64,000 bases of DNA from Phoronis australis (taxonomy: Eukaryota; Animalia; Phoronida), in contig NMRA01000033.1 of the NCBI GenBank assembly GCA_002633005.1, forward strand, positions 684,233 through 748,232, in the 5' to 3' direction. The first letter of the stretch is position 1; each line of letters starts with the position of its first letter. The notes beneath the pieces were generated by a model. The model was not told the DNA's origin and ran no database searches. It was given only the letters and a program-made list of their open reading frames with translations. This document shows, piece after piece, positions 12,195-25,600 of the stretch. The translations under genes and the position numbers were made by a program.

Positions 12195-13339
12195 CTTGTA
12201 TAATGAGAATATGTTCCTGACACTTGGTACTTACTCCCATCCTAATTGATGTAAAAGTGGGTGACTCATAAATTATAGTGTCAATGCTATTGTGAGGATT
12301 CTCAACTTTTTGGTCTAAAAATAACACATCCACGTATTTGTCCTCTAAATGTGTCCACACATTTTTTTCCTGTCATATATTAGTGAGTTAGATACCTTTC
12401 TAGTTATGCACCACTGGTGAAGAGGTAAATACTATTATCTATTTTGTGGTATGTGAGTCCCTAGAGTATTCCCATGCTCTTAGGATAATCCTGATACGTA
12501 ATTGAATTTAGTCAGTACTAGGCTATAAGTATTATCAGTTTTATTTGGCCAATTTTAAAGATAAATGGGCAACGACATCCTTAGTTGTTGACTAATCAGT
12601 ATTTACACTATGTGTTTTATGTGTCAATTTTTGAGAATTCTGCTCGGGTCTTCTGTGACCAATGAGGCACTGACGGGTAAGTTGGGCATGCCTAAATGGC
12701 ACAGGAAATGAGATTTGTCGCCTGTGGTTACAAATAAATTAAATCGGGAATTATGTGACGTATCATCGTGCCTCTTGATTTCTCTGGCTTTGTGACATAC
12801 TTAGTTCTTTAAAACCTTTCTTCAGTGAAATTTTGCTATTGAGCTATCCAGATAGTCTCAGGAATACTTAAAAGGATACTGAATCCTGTTTTTGTGATTT
12901 TACCTAAAACTGATTCCATCGCCTGCTATTAATTAGTTCTTCCCAGAAAGATGTGAGCATTGCTTAGCTACAATTCTGCCCTCGTGTCAGAAAGTGATTT
13001 TGGTGGATCAAGACATGCAAACTGCCCCGCAGTTGTCCATTAACTTGCTGGAACTGTGAATCATGCTTGCCAATTAGGTCGAGTTTGCAAGGATTTGTCA
13101 AACTTGAATCAAACATGGACTGCAGATGATTGTTTTGTTTCAAAGATTCAAGTGTTAAGTCGGTGCTCCTGTCCGTTGATATTCAAAAACAAGGTTGAGT
13201 ATTCTGTTAAGTACCACTAAACCTGTGCTTTCTGTCAAAACTTTTGATTTATGCCACTTGCTATTGGTTTTGTCAGTTAAGGTGTTATCTCTCTCTGCTC
13301 GGGAAGAACTGGCAGTTTGTTATGTCTTCAGACTAAACT

Positions 13340-13520
13340 CATCAAATTGAGGCCATGGTGTGACTTGAAATTTTATTAGCTTTGTTTGATCAATAACAGA
13401 TTGTCAGCTCTTTCAAAGTCCTGAAATCATCTCCAATTTGACTAAGGAACAATTTGAGACCAGTCAATTGATCTAAATCAAATTTTTTTTTGTGATTGAA
13501 GACAAGCTTGTAAAGGCTTT
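13340..13520 (+). repeat. Dispersed repeat, second copy at ~23850-23960
   Basis: Shared aagtcctg(a/g)aat..aatttgactaaggaacaa..gagacca..tctaaatcaaa. Confidence 0.55.
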
Positions 13521-15130
13521 AGGGGACATAAAAATATGATTTGATCAGTCTCGCGAACATAGGCTTGTCAAATGTTACATGAAGTAAGTTGCCATTTTGC
13601 AGCATACCATGTCACTGTGTGAACAGAGCAAACAATGAAAGGCATAAAGTAGTTTTATGGAATAGGGATCTGAATTGAACACCATTACAAGGATTATCAT
13701 GGTGATCTAAATAAATTAGTAAATCAATAAGCCAAATCGCTCATCACATTTATAGTATTGTTGTGCTCAGAGTGATGCTCAATACATGGTAGAAACCAAA
13801 TTTACCATTCGAGACAGGCTTTAATTTATTGTAAAGTAATCTCAAAGATTTGTTTCATTTTAAATCTGTTTTATGTTATGACAGAAATTTCATTTTAACC
13901 ATACTTTTATTCTTGTTAATTAAAACCAGTGATTTATTTTGCTGCATATTTAAAGGTACGGTGTTGTTTAGTGTTACAGTTGTTTGAAACATACATATCT
14001 ATGTTGAAAAAATTTAAAATGCTTTGTTGAACATTTTAACATTAAGGTCATAAGGTATTAATTATCTGTATTTTGTTGTGATTGTTTTCCATACAAATAC
14101 TTAATAGATTTTTTAACGTAGCCCCGTTTTAAGGCTTGGTGCTTTAAAAGCTTTGATGTGCAATGCAGTCTTTTGCTGCTTTCTTGTTTCTGTTGTTTCT
14201 GTCCCTATAGTCAACTTATTGAATAAGTGCCTCGTGTGTAGTGTATTTATAGATTGATTGTATAATTGCATTAATTTTATTCTATAGAACAGTCCTTATA
14301 GCAAGATCGTTAAATCTTTACAATTAAGAGTTTTCATGTGCAATTATTGAGATACTTAGTGTTGGCAGTATTATTTACTACCTTGATTGATAATGTTTAG
14401 TTAAATCCCCTTCTTGAGGAGCCACTTTTCTCCCAAGACCCTGTGTGTGTGGTGTTTCTTTTTACTGCTTTGTGATCACTGAGGGTACGCGACGTTCTTC
14501 CTCAAATTGGTCCTTCTTGGTCAAGTGGTATGTACCTACCTGTCTTAGAAGGGTGTTTTGACGTTCAACTGAAAACTTTCAGACGACATTGTTTATCAAA
14601 TTTAAAATAATAGCATCAATTCAACCATGTACAATTTATAGAATTATTGAAATGTCATCTTTCTTTCGCACAGACTATTGTCATTGAAAAGAGATTCATT
14701 TATGTGGCCAGTTAGTTCCCATAATTTCGCATCATTCTGAACTCAGTTCGTTGGTTGAATCTGAAGCTAAATTTGCCAAAGAAAAATGTACATTTATTCT
14801 TGATGACTGTGAAATTGAAAATTTGACTACGCTTACTACCTACTGCATGGAGTTTAAGCCCTGTCTACATGTGTTCGGATTTTCCGTGTACTATTGTAAA
14901 GTTACGCATGACTTACTGGAGTGTGAATAGCCCCGTGCCAGCACTACTTTTCAGGCTTAGGGTCTTATGTGAGAAACTGAAGTGTGCAGACAAGGTTTTA
15001 AGTTACACATTCAATTTCATATTCTAGCTCAAAATCTACTGTACCCAAATGTCATGAAACATCAAATTTATGTCAAATTCTACATCTAGCTTTGATATTC
15101 ATGAGTAATCAGGTGTAACTGTCTTAAATA

Positions 15131-15240
15131 GGGTAATAGGCGGATATAACATGCCTGCATTTTGAGAACCAGTTTTCTCCCCTGAATAGCAGGCATTGAA
15201 CTGGTTCTCAAAATGTGGGTGTTATATCCGACTATTGCCC
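15131..15240. repeat. Short palindromic MITE; core also present at ~3410-3470
   Basis: gggtaataggcggatataac...gcattttgagaaccagtt / aactggttctcaaaatgtg...gttatatccgactattgccc. Confidence 0.65.
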
Positions 15241-15876
15241 TGGATAGCTTATTTGATTAAATGTAGTTATGTTTACCCACTCTGTATATTGAACAATGCT
15301 ATACACCAAATATTGTATGTTTTATATGTCCTGTTTAACTTTAATTTTTGAATTGTTTTGAATTTTGATTTAAGGATTTTGATCTCCAGTTTTGTTCAGT
15401 ACTGATAAAGTCCCACTTTTCGTGCCTGTTCATTCGTCCACATCTCAACTTTTGTGTGATTTTCATCTACAAACGTCTGTTATTTTATGTTCTAGTTCTG
15501 ATAACTTAACAAGTGGTCTGCACGATTGTATTTGTGAGAAAAGATCGCACTGTCTGTAAAAGAATGAGATTATATTCATCCAGAGTTGTACCTAATGTAT
15601 GCAGATATTCCTTTTTGTATATTTATTACGAAATATGCAATGTACAACAATAACAGATAAGCCCAGAAAGCGCTACAAAGCGTTATACCTGTGCGCAATA
15701 TTTTGAGTAATGTTTTGTTACATTGTTTCATATTAAGTTATTACATAAATTGAGCTAACCTGTTTGGTAAGATCCATTTTTATTTTTGTTAACCTCTTTT
15801 CTCTGTTGTTTTTCACTGTTAACCCATTCTTTACGTTATCCACCTCCCAGTCTGCTTTGATAGGATAGTTGAACAA

Positions 15877-15882
15877 AATAAA
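15877..15882 (+). terminator. Candidate poly(A) signal of the ARM-TIR-SAM gene
   Basis: AATAAA lies where the + strand switches from T/G-rich to A/C-rich composition (~15.9 kb). Confidence 0.35.
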
Positions 15883-16929
15883 ATATATACGTACTGAAAA
15901 CAACAATGACTACTTGTTTTACATTTATCTCTTATTCTGGTACAATATACATAATACACGTAATAAATTAATAACAATAATCGTAACTGCTAATTGGTAC
16001 TCACTCAAAGGTCCATATCCCAGGTGTTATTGAAAACGAAATTAGTTTCATAATTAATAGCATGCTGGATGAATCAATAGCTTAAGGATATCCAATTACG
16101 TATTCATACAACTGGGTCTTAAGACCATCAAACTTAATTCGGAAACTGACTAAATCGTGTAACGTGAAATTTAAGTTGAAAGTTAACTCATAGAATGCGA
16201 CACTATGAATAAACTTTCAAATTTCACGCTATGATTGGACAATTTTCGATTCTAGACAAGAAACAGGCCGTCTCGGTACCAGAAGTGAACTGTGAGCTCT
16301 TGCATTCTCGACAACTTTTCTGTATTTCATAATGACAATACAAAGAACTTCCAACAAACAATGAGTTGACTTCAAACAGCTACTGTAAAACCTGGCATAA
16401 AAGGCCTTGGTCTTATATTGGAATACAAGGCCATGGCCTAGTTCAGGTCGCTTCCATTCTGGCATTTACAATGAAGCATTAAATCGAAAACGAAATTCAA
16501 AATGTGTGTTGTAGTGGTTTTTCTATCATTAATTATTCAATGTTTTCAATCAATGTTTTTATATGAGCATTGTAGTTTTTACAGCTGAAATTGTTGGATG
16601 GACTTTTAAGTTTCTTGAGAACATGTTCAGTTGATCCCACTGAGGATGAAAAGAAATATCCCTTCAAGCAATGTTTCACCTATACCTGTTTTTATAACTG
16701 ATGACTAGTCTTATATCCGAAGAGACGGTAAGGCCATATATTCCAGTTGGACTATTGGACTATGGTCATATACTCAACGCTGTTGCATTTTTAACCATTT
16801 CCAAAATGTACTATTTGGCCTACAGGGCTATGGCCTCACATTTAAGATCGTTACCATTTTGAATGTTCCCAAAATGTATCATTTGGTCTATATAGCCATA
16901 GCTTTAAACACCAGGTTTTTCAGTGGGAA

Positions 16930-17312
16930 TGTTGCGGCCCAAACTTATGCTTGCACCAAACTGATTTGATGCACTTCACTGTGGTGCGGGTTGATCAGCC
17001 AAACTGATGTCTGCGCCAAACTGCAGCTACCGTAAGTTCTCAAATTACTGCCACTGGTTTATAGGGTTTTTAACCGTTACCAGAACTGATTGATGACAAT
17101 GAGTGCTCACGTATGCAGGTCATATGGAATAATCACACGGGAAGTGTCCTGATAAACTATTACCCAGCGCCAAGCACTCAATGTCATCAACTTCAGTTTT
17201 ATGATAACCGTTCAAAAACCTATAAACCACTGGCAGTAATTTAGGAACTTACTGTAGCTTCACCAATCTGTACTAAATCAGTTTGGGGCAGGCATCAGTT
17301 TGGGCTGCAACA
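16930..17312. mobile_element. Nested MITEs: TA-flanked palindromic MITE (17030-17254) inside a second inverted-repeat element
   Basis: Inner: TA|CCGTAAGTTCTCAAATTACTGCC...GGCAGTAATTTAGGAACTTACTG|TA. Outer: tgttgcggcccaaact.../...agtttgggctgcaaca. Confidence 0.75.
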
Positions 17313-19111
17313 CCCAATACTACGTGTTTTCTTAAATCCGAGCCCAATAGAACCAGCTAGATGCAGTGATGCACTGAGATCTGTGGAGACATGAAAATTC
17401 ATTTTGTTACAGAACTTTTCAAATAGTTCGCACAGCCACTGACTTGAAATACAACACAACTCCTTGAAAATGCAGATAAAGAAACTGTTAAACTCATTTA
17501 AGATATAGTTAACATTCTAACTAGACATATGGACCTTTAAATTAAGAGCACAATAAATTCGTACTCGATATATCCGTGATACACAATGTTACTAACAAAA
17601 GGTTTAACATAGCTACATTCCAAATAAGTTATAACACGACTGGATCTACTTGGAACAATCACATGAACATCTCTGTGACAGTGGAACACTTGAATACACT
17701 TAATATATATGATTACATTATGAAATGATTTTAATATTCAAATAAATATTTATAATGGTAATGCAAGCATTTACCTGGATTTAATCCAGAGGTGTATGGA
17801 AAAAAACTTCTTTAGTTTTGACTTTGAAACAAAATGGAAACATCCAGTGACCAAGAATCAGATGGGAATTAATGACGTGCAATGAGATGGAAACATTTTC
17901 ACAATACATATCTTGGTTTTCTCTTACGTAGTTAAAAATGTGAAATTTCACCAAATATGTCACATTTTCCATTGTCGCGGTTAATAAATTTTGCTTTACA
18001 TAACATGTATCAGCATGGTTCAGGTGCTTTTCTAACAACTAAGTAGTATAAACTAAGTACACGAAGCACACCCTTATGTACGAATGTATACCTCCTAATC
18101 TTCCAATTAGCCCACAGTTCCTGACTACAAGCAACATCACGGAGACGTATGAAGTAAAACGTAAGACTGTACAAGACTTCACACGAGCCCTTCAATCTTC
18201 TGTTGACAGTCACCATCACAAGTGAATTTCCTACCCATTACACACCCTCTCTCTTACTGACAGCCAGGTTTCTATGCCATTCACATTTTCACTGTCACAC
18301 AATTACAAGAAGTGTCACTTTCACGGTGCCTCTGAATAAATACTTTATACTTTCAGAGTATACTGTAGAATCAACAAATACCACGACTCTTTCATAAGAT
18401 GTACCCACGGGAAACTAGGTCGCATAGATATTGGTTGATAGGCGTATCCATTATTCACTTTGTTTATCTTTCTTATAAGAAAGATAGTGGTAAGCATTTA
18501 TCGGTAACCGGCTGATGTGCGCCCAAGGTACGATCTCCTTGCTAACTGTATCCAACAAAGATGCAACAAAGGAAAACAATGGTAGCGTCCCATAGGTGAC
18601 AAGCATGCGATGCGCTTACGCCTGTCGCATGGATCTCGCAAGTTAAACAATAGCATGCGACCTCCATATGACGGCATTTGGTATGGGTAGTCTCCTTTGA
18701 ACACAAAATGAATCAATGGAACATTATTGGTCCTTTCCTTCACCTTTCTCAAAGACATTGACAGCGGTTGTACACAGACTTCAGGTCACTACTTACAATA
18801 ATTTTGCAGACTGCCAACATACACGTCAGCTATTCCTGCAGTGTCACCATGTACAGTGAATATTAACTTTGTATTCTTCCATTTATTTTCTGATAAACAA
18901 TCATTTCTTTAATGAATGCAGTGTCTTTGACGACCAACAGGTGTCCAGTTGTAATAAAGTATTGCACAGGTCACAGAATGAAATCTTTGTACTCTCAACC
19001 CATATTTCTAGACTGTCCACAGCTGAGTGTCCCATTTTAGCACTGGTACAGTTATTTCAAAACAATATACACACAGTATGCAGATATTTCAGGACTACCA
19101 CAAGCGTCCAC

Positions 19112-19683
19112 TTATTTCTTGACCGTCCACAAAGGGTCAAGCATGCTCAGTGGGTCACTAGGGTCCTTTGCACTCTCGCTCAGTCCACCTGACTGCTTCA
19201 TAAAGTCGTACTTACTGATTCGTTTGGGTTTTGTGTCATCATCCAATTTAAAAGTGCTTGGATGTTGAAGTTCCGCCAGGGACTGTGGTATAAAGTCATT
19301 GGCAGCCAACTGGGAATCCATAGACCTTGGTGATTCACTCCGCAAACATCCTTCATCCATGGTGCTGACATGTTTTTTTGGTTCATTTACCGGACCAAGA
19401 TTTGTGGACATGCTTTCCCTGCTAAATTCTGATGTTGTGTCTGCTTTATCTAAGCTTCTACTAACCGGAGAGCTGTGAGCATCACCAACTCCCTCTTTAG
19501 GGACTTGGGGGACTTTTTCTTCCCATGACTGTGTACCAAGACCCATTTTCGCCACTGAGTGTTGTATGCTGTATAGATTACCCAGGGTTCCTGCGATAAA
19601 GTCCTCAGAAGGCTGTCCCACGTGCTTCTCACCTGGACCAGGAAGCTTGTCGCCAAAAGAGGCCTTGTTAGTCAATATGCCCC
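19112..19683 (-). CDS. PTPN23: PTPN23 last coding exon
   Basis: RGILTNKASFG...KDPSDPLSMLDPLWTVKK*. Confidence 0.9.
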
Positions 19684-22600
19684 CTGAAATAAAGCACCAC
19701 CAATACTTTAAGTCCTTCACATTGCTTATTAGGTCAAGCCAAAGTCGCAACTTCAAACTCCAATAAATCAAGTCTATGGCAGTGAATGATCAAGCCAAAG
19801 CAATCAATGAACTTCATTCAGTCCATGGCTTCACCATACATAATGAAGAAGGCCAACTGATTGTATCAAACAATCAAAACAAAGGATTCCACCCCAAAAA
19901 ACCATGGTTTCCAATAATGAAGATGCATAGGAATTTAAACACAATTTAAACCCAAGTACTGAATGCATGGTTAAACAGCACTTTTTCCAATTTCAAATGA
20001 CTTGCACAAAATCCCTTTATGGTTGCATTTGCCTCTGCTGAAACATGGCCTTACGTAACTACTACATGGTACTTTTCAAAAAACTAGCAAATACCTTCTC
20101 AACAAAAAATTGAAAAAATTTTGCTGCACAAATTTCCACGCAATTCTACTACCATTCACAAATAATTTTCTGATTTCCATTGTAACGATTTTTGTGATAA
20201 CATACAAGAGACTTTGATAGCTTTTTTGAAAACTACCGCAAAATATTAAATTATTGGCTTACATGACAGCCCTAGTCTCAAACCCAGCTTGTACATCATT
20301 TGTGTTTTATCCACCACTGTAAAAGAGCTGGTGCCCCAAAACATATGGTGTTGTTAAAGTGTACCAATAAACCAGATATCAACTGCGTGTTTGCGTGGTA
20401 ACAGCTGACTACAGAATTCATAAATTAACATTATGCTACATCTGAGAGCAAACTTCTAATCACTTCTCATCTTTAACACAAGCCAACCATTCACTTTGCA
20501 TAAAATAACAACAGCATCCCGTAGCATTGATAAGCACCTGCCATTTGCATTCCATTACAAACGGTAAACAAACAAGTTGCTAATTTTTTGAAAACCTAGT
20601 AAATTGCCAGTAGGAGACGCCACACAAGTCAGACTCTTCCCAAAATCAACATCAGCCATGAACTCTTCAACATGAACATTTCAAACAAATATCAACTTGA
20701 AGGAACTTGGTAGATAATAAGGCAGAGGCAAAAAATTACCACCAGAGGGCACTGTTGTAGTCAGACTGCCTGAAAATCAACATCAGTCACGGCCTTTTCA
20801 ACATGAGCATTTCAAACAAATTTCAAGAAGGTACATCAAGGAACTTGATAGATACTTTGGCAAAGGCAAATAAATTACCACCAGGGGGTGCTATTGTAGT
20901 CAGATCATCTGAAAATCAATGTCAGACATACTCTCCTCAACAGGAAAACATATGCCGAACTTCACAACGATCCCTTATGCAGTGTGACCAATGAAGAGGT
21001 GGAAAATATTTAAAATGGCCACTAGAGGGCACGCAGAATACGTCAAATAAGTCCGACATTGGAAAACTGCCATCACCACCTCAACATAAACCTATTTGTC
21101 AAATTCCATAAAAATCTGTTAACTTTCACCAAGACCTTGCAACAGGTTTAGGAGATACAACTGCGAACCCCAAATGGTTGGACTCCCAAACAGAGATGAC
21201 GGCAATATGCACCCATATATTAAGTATATGAGAACACACAAAGAAGTAGCAACATTCTAAAATCATTCTGGCTCGCATAGTCACTTACTCTTAATAAGTA
21301 GGTCTTTGGCATAGTACAGCACAGCCTTGTAACAAAGCGTCAGCTGGTCCTTGTCTTCTACCATGTGTTTCCTCTGTTGTCTCAACCAGCTCACCATCTT
21401 CCCTATGTCTATTATGCCGTTGGCAGCGTTGATTTCGTGAACGCCAGCGTAGACCACACAGAACACTCCAGTGCGTCCAACGCCATTACTAGAAGCAGAC
21501 CACAGAACAGTCATTTACTTGGTCAACTGTTGTAAATGTATAGATATCAGAGTCAAAAGCTTCACTCTCACTCTGTTTAGTCTGAAATGACTATAAAGCT
21601 TGTGTTATGACTATATGTACTGAAACACTTTTTAAGCAGCAATAAAACCACCTTCAGCCAACAAACAAAATAAGTTTTGATTAAAACTGCGTACTGCTAT
21701 AAAATTGGTGAACAACATGTTTCTAACTGAGCTGAGAAATGATTAATTTTATAGGGAAGAACTAACAGACTAGAGCTTGACACCATGTTGGGCACACAAT
21801 ATGACCTGCCTTGACAAGTCAACTTACTGAGCCTGGCCTCAAGTAATAACAAACTGTCAGTTATTTCTAAGCCCCGGAATCATATCTAAACTGAGTAAGA
21901 AGAAGTCAAGACCAGTGTTCAATGGTAAGTACCTTTAATAAAGGAAGGCAGGTTTACACTGATAGAAAGAGACTAGATTCTACAATCTACGTGGTCATGT
22001 ATAGTAACTATTAGCAGACTAGCAGACTAGAGATGTATGGCACTGGCTAAAGAGACAACAGGACATACACAGTATTGACTACGGATCTTTACCAACTGTG
22101 TAAGTCATGTAGACTACAACATAGCCTCTCATACATGGCAGTGGTTACTGATACCTACCTACAGTGAACCAGAACAGGCTTGGAGAGCACCCTCTGTTGG
22201 TGGTAGTAGTGCATGACCTCACTGACGAACACAAGCAGCTGTGCGGGGTTGTCAGGAACAGTGCTGAACAAATGGAACAAGGGTAAGTAACAATCAACAC
22301 AACTAGATACCATGCATAACGACAAATGAGACACTTCACAACTGAATAACAAGTAACAACACCACGTGTCAGGTAATCAGAATCAATGGCCTAACACTGT
22401 CTCTGTGCTGAAACTGTTGAGCCAAACAACAACGTTTGTTAATTTTTTCATTTGTGCATAACGTGTTGAATAGGGTCAAGAATATAGAATTAGTAACAAT
22501 TTGTAACAACCCGCAATGACTGTTAGCTTTCAGTTACAGTCTGACAGTTACTGGTTTAGGCATATAAAGTACGGTCATTATTTTGACATCAAAACTGAAT

Positions 22601-25600
22601 TTCCTCAGTTAGAAATCATGAATGGTAACCAGTTGTAAACTTTAATGAAAACATCACAGTAATGCGTACGTAATTTTTCAGATGTGTGAAAAAAAGAGTG
22701 ATAAAGTAGTGTAATGAGAAAAAAGGATATGAGAGAGGACATACGTACTTTCAGATAGTACATAATCTAAAACCTAACTAAAGACAACAAAGTATGCCAA
22801 TTAGCAAAAGAAAACTAAGTACGTTCTTTTTCCACGTTCTGGGCAAAGGTATTCCAAGCCTAGAAACTATGATTCCTTGATCTTACATGTGGTGTTACGT
22901 AACACATAAATAGACAAAGTTTACAGCCTTGGAGTCCCTTTCATGAAATTGACTTTAGGCTTGAGCTATAAATTTGCACTTGCTGAAAAAAGGTTTAGCC
23001 GAGTAATCTTGCGCATGTCACAGTCGAGAAATAATTTATAGAATCAGCTTAGTATCCAGCAGTTCTGGGTATATTCTCAGAAACTGCATTTTTGCTCAAG
23101 CGGGATTTTATGTAATTTCTCAGAAATAGTCGTGTATAGCGTAATACCAAATTTCTGTTTTAAACCTTGGTCAATTTTCATGAAACCGAACCCTGACCAG
23201 CTGTGGCTCAAGAGCAGTCCTTAAAGAGGTTCTCAATAGGGGGAGTGGGCGTTCCTAGTAGCCCACTAAACTAACTGCTGGAAACTTGATTCGTTGTTTG
23301 AAACTGGCAGCAATTTTGACTATAATAATGGTGCATCTGATGACATTTCCTTTACGAACGGCATAGCAATTTTGACACAGCGCTTTTTATACAAAGTACT
23401 ACACCTAAGAAGGGGTCTTCAAAGTTTACTTATAAATAGGTTTCTGAAAAACATGTGGCTTCCCCGTAACATAAAAGACCTACCCGACTGGCCAGGCACT
23501 GAATTGCAAGTGGACCACTGTTCTTGTCCTATTGGTCTGTAACAAAAGAACAGTCGGGCATCACCAGCACAACGTACACAAGTTAAGAAAATTAAACTGG
23601 AATGCACCCGAAGTTTTTGAAAACTGATGCAAAACATATTTTAGAAACACAAGTTCCCATCAAAAAACTTTTGATTTAAACCACGTACACCAAGAAAATT
23701 GGTCTCACCTTGTTAATTTCTCAAACGGGAAGTGGTTTTTGGCCTTGCAAAGAACTGACAGATTGGATCCTTGCCAGCATGCTTGGCACATAAAATGACA
23801 AACCGTGACAAGGCGACTTATTGAGGCTGGTCACAAGCACTAATGACCAGTCATTTCTTTTGAAGTCCTGGAATTATCTATAATTTGACTAAGGAACAAA
23901 CGGAGACCAATTTCATAACAGTGAGTGGTCTAAATCAAAAGTTTGCTTATGTGATGGAAGGTGTGTATAAGCCGTGTAAAGAATTGTGATCTTAAAAAAT
24001 AACAAAGAAATCACGGCGATATAGATTATGTAATAAGCATACCAATTTTTTCATCACAAATTGTAATTGTAAAAACAAGCTAATTTAAATAATTTCCTAA
24101 AATACATTGATGTACCGTCTCACTGAGGACATGAAGACTAGAAGCAATCAGGCTTTTGATTTTAACTAAGCACGATTAAAAAACGCAGTACTGTGAACAC
24201 ACCCATTTAACCCCGGTTTGTATTGACACCTTCAAGCAGCTTATTGAACCTACCGGTTTGTGAGTCATATTAATGTGTCGTTCCGTAAAGACGTTGTTAG
24301 AATTTGTGTTCTGTAGTTGAAGTTCTATAACTCCATGAGTCATGACAGATCTGTCCGATGGATAGTAGCGGGAGTTTTGCTGGAAAGACATGTGGTCACA
24401 TGGTTGCAACACCATTCATCATATATAGCAAACCGAGTACTATGCAAACATTTATTTTGAAGATTTTATTTTGGAAATTGGGTAATTTGTAGACACTTTT
24501 ACTCAAACTTTAAATAAACCCTTGAACGGCGGTCTGAAAATTGTGAAGGGGTAAGGTCAAATTACCAGGACTCCCAGATTTCTTTAAGCCTACAACTGAC
24601 AAATAATACACAATTATGACATTCAATGTACTATTAAAGCTTTTTAAAAACTATGAATAACAATTCATTAATTGAAGCTTTCAGTCAGAAGTTCTTACCA
24701 AAGATGCCTCCTGCTGGTTCATCACCATGGTGATGACCTCCACGCCTTGTTCATAGACCATCAGCCAGAAGTCAGGGAATGTGTGAGGCAGCGGAGCCTG
24801 GGCAGCAATCACTTTAGGGCCACCAGAGGTCAGGTTCTGCACGCACAACCAATCAAGATTAAGGGTCAACATACAGTCTGCTAAATAAGTCTGTAGAGGG
24901 AGGCACAGTCCTAAACAATGCTGAAGTTAAGGTTTTGATGGATAAATCTACAGAACTCCATATTATTTGAACAACAAAATGTAATGAGGAAGAACGTTCA
25001 ATTGCACCAATGAATGCAAATATTTACAAAGACGAGACAACAATCTTCAGCAATGAATCAATAAAACAACCTCACTTTTCTGTTAAAATCAAAATTTAGA
25101 ACTTATAATTGCATTAAATCTGATTGTAAATAAGGGATTGAATTATGCTCATAAAAGGATTGCTGTGAATAATAGCATTGGTTTATTCCACTCAAACCTA
25201 CCTCAATATGACTGGCGTTAATGTAGTCATCTTTGGATGTAGTCAGGACAACACGTTTCTCGTCATCTGAAAGTAAGGTACAGCACATCTTTATAAAAGA
25301 TTGATGCAATGTATATAATTATATTCATTTCCAGTAACTGCATGCCTCAGAACACATATTAAAACATTTTTTCTTCTCCTATTAAATATAGCACTAAAGA
25401 GTATTTGTTGGCATTTCAGTTCATAGTAGGCATAACAAGTCAAGACTGTAATAACAATATGCAGTGAAAATACTGAAGTTACTTAAATGCTTACTATTGA
25501 GAATTTATGATGTCGCTATTGATTGTTATGATTTTTAACAAGACCTGAAACTTGCTCTTAAAGTATTTGAACAATAAAACAGATAAGTATAAAATAACAA

